62,219 nt of DNA from Cyanophyceae cyanobacterium (lineage in GTDB: Bacteria > Cyanobacteriota > Cyanobacteriia > Cyanobacteriales > Laspinemataceae), in assembly GCA_038321985.1 (NCBI GenBank), contig JBBQFN010000030.1, positions 1 to 62,219 of the forward strand. Reading direction: 5' to 3'. The position numbers were made by a program, and so were the translations under genes. Under the pieces are notes generated by a model that ran no database searches, had not been told where the DNA came from, and saw only the letters and a program-made list of their open reading frames with translations. Every line of letters begins with the position of its first letter. Position 1 is the stretch's first letter. Positions 55,319 to 62,219 of this stretch are shown one piece after another.

Positions 55319-56980
55319 TTATCGGATCACCGCCGGTTGATTCACTAGAGGTTTCCCTTCGCAATAGCTAGGGATGGGTGCGTCCAACAACGCTAATAAG
55401 GTGGGGGCTAAATCTAAAGAATGTCCAAAAGGCAAGGTAGAACCCGGTTCAATATCTGGCCCTGCCAGGGTTAAAAATCCATCAGAACGGTGACTGCCAG
55501 TGCGGTTAAAGGGAATCGGGCCAATACGTCCAATTTGGGGACTCTCAACGGTATCACTGGCGCATTTGTCCTGCCAAATAATCACCAAATCCGCATCAGG
55601 TAAATTCGGATCAGAATCCGTAGGTGAGGTGCGAGTCCGCACAACATCTTGCACCATTATTTCCCCAGTCCGGGAATCTTTAAGCTGATAGAGTTGTTGG
55701 ATGATTTCCTGACAAACGGCATCGTATTCGGAGGGATCAACGATCCCCTTGGGTTCCCGTCCTTTCAAATTAATTCGGATATATCCTTCAGAGAAACTCG
55801 GCAGTGCAAAGGCTTTCATTCGAGGCCATGCGGGTTGATACCAACAGGGGTTTTGGAAGAATAAGCGATCGCCTTTTTTCTGCATTTCAAACGGAGAAAT
55901 TAAATCCTGTTCAGGTTCGCCTCCGAAAAGCGGTTCAATCCGGCTAAAGACTTTAGTCGGCAGAGTTCGCCGCAAAAATCCCCGCAGCGGATTGCGATCG
56001 CCCTTGAGACTCCAAACAGTTCCCATAAAGCCTCGCTTCGCCCGTTCTCCCACTATGGGTCCTCCAGGAGTTTGGCCCATTTTCCCTTCGGCAAATCCCA
56101 CTTTCCCCGGAAAATTCCACCGATACAGAAACTCGGGTAAAAATACCATACTAGGGAGATCCATATTGTTAAAGTCCATGCCATGAGCGGCAAAAACCAC
56201 AACATTCGCATTCTCCGGCGCAGCGGTGATAATCTCTCCGATCGCCGCATCAATGGCTTCAAAAATCTCTAACATTGGGTCCCCGGGATAGCGATTCCCC
56301 ACCATAGGATATAGGGGATGATCCGGCTGACTCAAGTGCCAAAAATAATGTCCGGCGGAGTGGGTTTCTCCAAAAATTGTTAACAAGAAATCCCAATTAT
56401 CCTGTTCTAGTAAATCTTTACAAATTTTACCGCGCCGCTCAATCCCCTGTTCTAATTTTTTCTGGAGTTCCTGGAGTGCGGGAATATCTAAGATACTGGC
56501 AAAATCTTTATGTAAAGCCGGATGTTCTCCGTGCTTAGCAATGATGTCGGCGAGGAACGATTCCGGTTTGGAATGGGTGGGAGTTTGGGGGGAATGCGCT
56601 CCCCAGGCTAATCCTTGTACGCCGTTCACGCGATCGCTCAGGGGAGCTTGGGGCATATCAAATATAGCCACCCGATAATCATCCCCTAATGCATAAAAAG
56701 GTTCGTATTTGGCAAAATCGTAGGCTTCTATGGGTTCGACATCATAGGTGCCTTCCATCAGCTTCACCGGGGCCCAATAGCCAGTTTTTTCGGGAGAACA
56801 CCCGGTTAAAAAGGTGGTCCAGGGGGTTTCTGCTCGATAATAATCAAAGGTTTTGAGCCGTCCGTAAGCTCCGCGATCGCGCAATTGTTTTAAATTTTTG
56901 AGATGTCCTTGCGCCATCCATTTTTCAATCAGATTCGGGTCTCCGGCATCAAGTCCAATGGCGATAACAGGATTTTTCAT
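55319..56980 (-). CDS. Alkaline-phosphatase-superfamily protein (nucleotide pyrophosphatase/phosphodiesterase-like)
   Basis: IAIGLDAG, WTTFLTG, ETHSAGH, AHGM, IRINLKGREP, GSH, DLAPTLL. Confidence 0.8.
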   Translation of the reverse strand: MKNPVIAIGLDAGDPNLIEKWMAQGHLKNLKQLRDRGAYGRLKTFDYYRAETPWTTFLTGCSPEKTGYWAPVKLMEGTYDVEPIEAYDFAKYEPFYALGDDYRVAIFDMPQAPLSDRVNGVQGLAWGAHSPQTPTHSKPESFLADIIAKHGEHPALHKDFASILDIPALQELQKKLEQGIERRGKICKDLLEQDNWDFLLTIFGETHSAGHYFWHLSQPDHPLYPMVGNRYPGDPMLEIFEAIDAAIGEIITAAPENANVVVFAAHGMDFNNMDLPSMVFLPEFLYRWNFPGKVGFAEGKMGQTPGGPIVGERAKRGFMGTVWSLKGDRNPLRGFLRRTLPTKVFSRIEPLFGGEPEQDLISPFEMQKKGDRLFFQNPCWYQPAWPRMKAFALPSFSEGYIRINLKGREPKGIVDPSEYDAVCQEIIQQLYQLKDSRTGEIMVQDVVRTRTSPTDSDPNLPDADLVIIWQDKCASDTVESPQIGRIGPIPFNRTGSHRSDGFLTLAGPDIEPGSTLPFGHSLDLAPTLLALLDAPIPSYCEGKPLVNQPAVIR

Positions 56981-57935
56981 AGGATTTTCCCTTGATAAGT
57001 GGTACAGAAATTCACAGTACAGTAGACGACTTATTCAATCGCCTTGTTTAAAAGGAGTTTATAAATCTCCTAAATTTGCATCCCTTACTTTTTTCTAAAT
57101 CTTCTGGGATTCCTTCAAGCTGACATCATGGGGTTTCCGTGGTATTTCAACCCAGCCAACTTTAATTTGTATAACAGCTTTCATTAATGTAGGTTGACTG
57201 CATTTAGAATTCGCTGATACCAAGCTAAGTGGCGATCGCCACAAGTTCTTAACTTTGGGAGAAAGTTCGTCTAGAAGTCTTAGCCGACTCCCCCTTTAAA
57301 CAGTCACAAATTGTACCAGGACTATTTTGTGCCTATTCTTGACTGGGATTCAATTAGTCAGAAGGATAGCTGATTTATCCCAAGTTTATCATTGACCAGA
57401 GTTAATTCCAGGAATTGTATGTAAAGTTCTCTTAAAGTTTGTCATCCCCTCTCTTTATAGATTCACAAATGATTAACTAAGGCTTAACAGGTAGGCTGAT
57501 GAGAGTTTTAAAACCTATTCATTTCTTTTCCCAGAGTAAATCACCCTAGGAACCTTAGTCATATATCTTTAGGAGTAGCTTCCCGCGAATTATTTATTAT
57601 CTCTAACTTAAGGTATAGCTAAACCTTTTTATTATTTTTGCCCTATATCCTAAGGTATATTTTTTTTTCAAAAACATATCTCTATAGGCTTAGTCCCGGT
57701 TAGGGATGTAGGCCCTAAGCCCAGGAGATAATTCTTCTGTTTCTTGGAAGATTCTATCTGCCTCGCCGGAGTTAACCGATCAGACTTAGGTGTATTTGCC
57801 AAAAGATTTAGACCGTTCTATATAAAAGGAGATCCCTGATCGGTCCCGGATCTCTCTCCCATCCTCGCCGTCTCCTTGCGAAACGACCAATAAGGATTAC
57901 CCTATTATTGAACGATGATAAACGGAGTCAATTAG

Positions 57936-59282
57936 ATGACGGACTTTGATTACGACCTCTTTGTGATAGGTGCGGGTTCTGGGGGACTAGCGGCATCGAA
58001 ACGTGCTGCCTCTTATGGTGCGAAAGTTGCCATTGCCGAAGGGGATCTAGTGGGGGGTACCTGTGTCATCCGGGGTTGCGTTCCCAAAAAATTAATGGTG
58101 TATGCCTCTCAGTTTTCCAAGCTGTATCAAAATGCAGTGGGTTACGGCTGGGAAAAAGCTGAACCGAGTTTTGATTGGCACAAACTGATAGAGAGTGTTC
58201 AAAAAGAAGTAATGCGCCTAAATCAGATCCATATTAATAATCTAGAAAAAGGCGGAGTTGAGTTAATTAATGGCATGGCAACTTTTGTTGATCCCCATAC
58301 GATTGAAATTGGCGATCGCAAAGTTACGGCTGATAAAATCCTGATTGCCGTAGGGGGACAGCCTGCCAAACCGGATATTGAGGGGATTGAACACAGTATC
58401 ACCTCCAATGAGATGTTCCACCTCAGTGAATTTCCCAAACGTTTTGCGGTTTGGGGTGGCGGTTATATCGGCGTTGAGTTTGCTTCAATTATGAATGGTT
58501 TAGGCGCTCAAGTTACTGAAATTATTCGCCGAAAATTCATTTTACACGGGTTCGATGAGGATATTGCCGAAAACATTCAAGAAGGCATGGCAAAAAAGGG
58601 AATTCAATTCCGGACTGAGGCAAACTTGGAGAAGATTGAAAAAACTTCGGAAGGCTTAAACCTGGTTTTTTCCGGGGAGGAAAATGAGACTCTAACCGTG
58701 GATGCCTTACTCTGTGCTACGGGTCGCCAACCTAATTTGAGCCGCTTAAACCTAGAGAATGCTGGGGTAGAAGTGATTCTCGGCGCGATCGCAGTGAGTC
58801 CCGATAGTTGCACCAATCAACCCCATATTTATGCGGTCGGGGATTGTACCGATCGCATCAATTTAACCCCCGTGGCGATCGCAGAAGGTCGCGCTTTTGC
58901 AGATACAGTCTTCGGTCATCTCCCTCGTCATATCAATCATACGGGCATCCCTACCGCCGTATTTTCCCAGCCGGAAGCCTCTACGGTGGGCTTGACAGAG
59001 GCCGAAGCCCGAGCCAAAGTGGGAGACAACGTGACGATCTATCGCGCTAAATTTCGTCCCATGTTTTACAGTCTCACCGATTCCGAGGAAAAGGTGATGA
59101 TCAAATTAATTGTGGATAAAACCACCGACCGCATTTTAGGGGTTCATATGGTGGGTAAAGACGCCGCCGAAATCATTCAAGGACTGGCGATCGCCGTGAA
59201 TATGGGAGCCACTAAAAAAGACTTTGATGCCACTATTGGCATTCATCCTTCTACTGCCGAAGAGTTCGTAACCTTACGTTAA
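57936..59282 (+). CDS. gor: Glutathione-disulfide reductase
   Basis: GAGSGG, GGTCVIRGCVPKK, GGGYIG, HPSTAEE. Confidence 0.95.
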   Translation: MTDFDYDLFVIGAGSGGLAASKRAASYGAKVAIAEGDLVGGTCVIRGCVPKKLMVYASQFSKLYQNAVGYGWEKAEPSFDWHKLIESVQKEVMRLNQIHINNLEKGGVELINGMATFVDPHTIEIGDRKVTADKILIAVGGQPAKPDIEGIEHSITSNEMFHLSEFPKRFAVWGGGYIGVEFASIMNGLGAQVTEIIRRKFILHGFDEDIAENIQEGMAKKGIQFRTEANLEKIEKTSEGLNLVFSGEENETLTVDALLCATGRQPNLSRLNLENAGVEVILGAIAVSPDSCTNQPHIYAVGDCTDRINLTPVAIAEGRAFADTVFGHLPRHINHTGIPTAVFSQPEASTVGLTEAEARAKVGDNVTIYRAKFRPMFYSLTDSEEKVMIKLIVDKTTDRILGVHMVGKDAAEIIQGLAIAVNMGATKKDFDATIGIHPSTAEEFVTLR

Positions 59283-59293
59283 TTTCAGGCATG

Positions 59294-59320
59294 AAACCGG
59301 GTTTAAATAAACCCGGTTTT
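59294..59320. terminator. Hairpin terminator after gor
   Basis: aaaccgggttt-aaat-aaacccggtttt. Confidence 0.65.
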
Positions 59321-59388
59321 GGGTTAAGATACGGATAAATTATCAGTTTTAAGGGGATTCAAATTTTGTCACCTTCTCAACTATTCCG

Positions 59389-59769
59389 CTAGAGTTGTTC
59401 CAATTCTTTAATATAAACTTCTCCTAATTCTTGCCCCGCGATGGGAATACTCTGGTAGGTAACCTCCCCTTTCATCACCACTTGATCTCCCACATTGGGA
59501 AGGGTCGAGTTCGTCATCACCCAAATCGATCCCGTGCCATCTTGAATCTGATAAGCGCCAGATTGTAGGAACGGTGCTCGATTTTCAACCGTGCCTTTTA
59601 AATACACAGTATTCTGTTTCTGCCAGTCACTTTGGATCTGCTCGATCGCGGTTACACCCACTCCTGATTTCACCAAGTTGGTACAGCCTGAGAGTCCCGC
59701 AAGGACCAAGGATAAGGAGCAAATTTTAACGGTTTGATTTAAGGTCTGGAACATTGTAGGGACAGCCAT
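59389..59769 (-). CDS. Putative OB-fold lipoprotein
   Basis: Lipobox LSGC; VYLKGTV...YQIQDGTGSIWV...VVMKGEV beta-strand pattern. Confidence 0.75.
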   Translation of the reverse strand: MAVPTMFQTLNQTVKICSLSLVLAGLSGCTNLVKSGVGVTAIEQIQSDWQKQNTVYLKGTVENRAPFLQSGAYQIQDGTGSIWVMTNSTLPNVGDQVVMKGEVTYQSIPIAGQELGEVYIKELEQL

Positions 59770-60338
59770 AATGTCAAAAAAAGGGGGGTTATAGAGGTTA
59801 GAATTTACAGTTATAAGCCTTGATAATCCCGAAAAAGTGGGGGTAACCGAACCCGAAATTCGCTATCATTTGAGCGAATAAATGGCCGCTTTAACCCTGG
59901 TGCGATCGCGGCGATCTCCTCAGTCACTTAAGGCGCGATTCCGCTGGTTTCAGGATTGGGCGATCGGCCCGACTCAACCCCAGCAACTGGCGGGTAGTCC
60001 GAACGTCCTGTTGCTATATCTGGGGATGGATTTATCTTGCCATAGTCTATCGCAGTCCCCGGGTTTCGGGCAATTTCGGTTCAAAACCCCCTCCAGTGCG
60101 AGGGGTTCATTCCTCGGGGTTCCCGGCGCAGGTTTTGGCGATCGCTGTTTTGGGTACTTCTTTCTCTGGGGGCTTTTCCAGTCATTCCGTCTTGGGGGTA
60201 TCAACGCCCCTGACCCGTGATGCTACAATAATTATTCAGAACTTCGGTTCTTTGAGGCGGCTGTAGTCTGCTTTTATGAGGCACATTCAGGCGTCTAGGG
60301 TCAATGTCAATTCAGAGGAACATAAAGAAGAGGTTGTC

Positions 60339-60542
60339 GTGACAGAGACTATTAACTGTGCTGTAGCCTGCGTGAACGGCTGTGTATTGGGAGACAAATG
60401 CCCCAATCGAGAATATGCACAACAAACATCCCAGTTTATTGAGGAAACTTCCTTAGATAAAATGCTAGAAATGGCGGAAGAATCCGTTAGAAAAAAACGG
60501 ATGCAAGCTCCCCAGTGGATTATTCCAGATTTTCCAGAATAA
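60339..60542 (+). CDS. Small Cys-rich hypothetical protein
   Basis: GTG start after GAGG; NCAVACVNGCVLGDKCPN; followed by a strong hairpin. Confidence 0.75.
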   Translation: MTETINCAVACVNGCVLGDKCPNREYAQQTSQFIEETSLDKMLEMAEESVRKKRMQAPQWIIPDFPE

Positions 60543-60592
60543 ACTAAAACCCAACTTACAAGAGAGCGTTTGTAAGTTGGGTTTTAGTTTAT
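60540..60592. terminator. Long perfect hairpin (about 21-bp stem)
   Basis: aaactaaaacccaacttacaa-gagagcgt-ttgtaagttgggttttagttt. Confidence 0.7.
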
Positions 60593-60687
60593 AAATTTTC
60601 TGAAGTTTCCAGTTGAAATTATTAGCAAAAATACTACACCCCTTTAATTTGGACTCTTAACGCTGGATGGGAAATAAAGGAGTGCCC

Positions 60688-60783
60688 ACAGTTATTCGCA
60701 CAGATTTTTAGGAATGCGTTAGCAATGCGCCCCGGAGGTATTACGAACAGACTCCTAACGGGATCAGTCCGAGAAACGCTATA
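60688..60783. repeat. Dispersed MITE/REP-like element, degenerate copy 2
   Basis: acagttat...tttttaggaatgc...actcctaa...gagaaacgctata, colinear with 22018-22128. Confidence 0.5.
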
Positions 60784-61135
60784 AATCCACCTATGGGCTA
60801 AAGGCGATCGCCCTGGGGCCGTGCCAGAATCTCTTTAGACTTAAAAGGATGCTCCTGAGTGCTTCAGTCCGTTAAATTTCTTAACAAAATTTAATAGACC
60901 GAAATATTAAACCGAGGCAGTGTCTTTAATGAAAGAATAAAGTCGGGGATCGCGATCGCAATGGTACAGGAAACCTGTAAATTAAAGTCAGCGTTCACCA
61001 GCCCCAGGGGATTTAGGCTATTTTCATGAAGTTTTTTAAAGCTCCGCACTAATTCTGAGACTAGGCGACCCCTCCTTGCGTAGAATATGAGCTTAAGTTC
61101 TTTTACTGATTGTCAAGTCACGAGGAAAAACAAAT

Positions 61136-61645
61136 ATGGCCGATGCAAGAGATATTGAAATGGTGAAGCCCTACGGTGGAGACCCGTTTGTGGGTCACCT
61201 CTCCACCCCAATCAGCGATTCTGCCTTCACCAAAGCCTTCATTGGTAACCTACCGGCTTACCGCCAAGGACTCTCTCCCATTCTGCGAGGGCTCGAAATT
61301 GGGATGGCCCACGGCTACTGGCTGGTTGGCCCCTGGGTGAAACTGGGTCCCCTGCGCGATTATACCGAAGCTGCCCATTTAGGCGGATTAGTCTCGACCC
61401 TGTCGTTGGTGTTAATCGCCACCGCTTGTATGTCCATCTACGGGATTGCCTCGTTCCAAGTCACCGGTGATGACGATTACCCCAGTCAAAATCCCCAAGC
61501 CCCTACTACCCTGAAAACTGCCGAGGGTTGGAGTCAGTTGACTGCTGGTTTCTTCGTCGGTGCAATGGGTGGCGCATTTTTCGCCTATTTCCTCTTGGAA
61601 AACCTGGATGGCGTCGATGCTATTTTCCGGGGTTTAGTCAACTAA
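61136..61645 (+). CDS. psaL: Photosystem I reaction center subunit XI
   Basis: [40 protein letters not shown]. Confidence 0.97.
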   Translation: MADARDIEMVKPYGGDPFVGHLSTPISDSAFTKAFIGNLPAYRQGLSPILRGLEIGMAHGYWLVGPWVKLGPLRDYTEAAHLGGLVSTLSLVLIATACMSIYGIASFQVTGDDDYPSQNPQAPTTLKTAEGWSQLTAGFFVGAMGGAFFAYFLLENLDGVDAIFRGLVN

Positions 61646-61839
61646 CTAGACTTTTAGTCCCTTGCTAGGGCTTTAATTTGCGGGTTTTGAACCGTGACTG
61701 CGGGTCACCTAAAATTGGGTCCTCTGTATCAGCAGATTCTGATTTTTGAAAAGTCCATCATTTTTAGAGGAAAATAACAGACTCATTGTTGTTAAGATTC
61801 CTCTGGTCAACCTAAAACTTGAAATAGGAGAAATTAGAT

Positions 61840-61956
61840 ATGACAGGTGCATACGCAGCTGCTTACCTCCCTTGGATTTTGATTCCCGTCGTTTGCTGGT
61901 TAATGCCAGCCGTTGTGATGGGTCTGTTGTTCATCTACGTTGAAAGCGATCGCTAA
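61840..61956 (+). CDS. psaI: Photosystem I subunit VIII, 38 aa (below ORF-track cutoff)
   Basis: Manual translation [45 protein letters not shown]. Confidence 0.95.
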   Translation: MTGAYAAAYLPWILIPVVCWLMPAVVMGLLFIYVESDR

Positions 61957-62058
61957 TTAAGGGCTTAATTCCCTTGATTTATCGTCTTTAACAACAGCCT
62001 AGAAAAAGGGATTGGCACATTAACGACCGGCTATTTCCAATCCCTCTTTCTAGGCCAT

Positions 62059-62093
62059 AAAAAATCCCCCGCCATCATAGCGGGGGATTTTTT
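62059..62093. terminator. Bidirectional terminator between psaI and psaB
   Basis: aaaaaatcccccgc-catcata-gcgggggatttttt. Confidence 0.8.
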
Positions 62094-62115
62094 CAACTAA
62101 TTAACCCGTGAAAAG

Positions 62116-62219
62116 TTAGCCGAACTTACTTGCAGTCGAAGCAATCAAGAACGCAGCATAAGTCAGGATATAGCCCACAGTAAAGTGAGCCAAACCAATC
62201 AAGCGACCTTGAACAATCG
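62116..62219 (-). CDS. psaB: Photosystem I P700 apoprotein A2, C-terminal end (runs off right edge)
   Basis: Manual translation ...[33 protein letters not shown]. Confidence 0.95.
   Translation of the reverse strand, partial: IVQGRLIGLAHFTVGYILTYAAFLIASTASKFG

Noticed and set aside
59882..60220. Overlapping ORFs of 112 aa (+) and 76 aa (-) between the OB-fold lipoprotein and the Cys-rich gene
   Set aside because: No recognisable motif, HIP1-rich low-complexity composition, no clear SD; cannot support as genes
61440..61530. Pro-containing PsaL loop as a marker of tetrameric PSI
   Set aside because: Loop (YPSQNPQAP) lacks the clear NPP-type motif and the C-terminus looks like trimer-forming PsaL; cannot support
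1..62219. CRISPR arrays, tRNA/rRNA genes, prophage or integrase genes
   Set aside because: No regularly spaced repeat-spacer units, cloverleaf/rRNA signatures or phage hallmark proteins were seen by eye

Overview
Chromosomal segment of a filamentous cyanobacterium. Evidence: very dense HIP1 octamers (GCGATCGC), photosynthesis and NDH-1 genes, and Oscillatoriales-like dispersed palindromes; the taxonomic placement is an inference. It is mostly housekeeping and photosynthesis genes (hflX, dapL, ctp protease, ispG, cyAbrB, trxC, ndhF1-ndhD1, Cry-DASH, uvrB, Cu-ATPase, purK, psbP, maf, gor, psaL-psaI, psaB end), with an ISL3 transposase end at the left edge. Features absent from the ORF track: 6S RNA, psaI, the psaB C-terminus and a non-canonical N-terminal extension of hflX. 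The best candidate for an undescribed system is a three-gene minus-strand module at 8669-12987: a dynamin-like GTPase, a second divergent GTPase and a tail-anchored protein. Other oddities: a probably cytoplasmic UrtA-like domain fused to a histidine kinase, a double-pseudokinase TPR receptor, and a signal peptidase I paralog whose catalytic Lys is replaced by Cys. All calls come from reading motifs by eye; no database searches were run.
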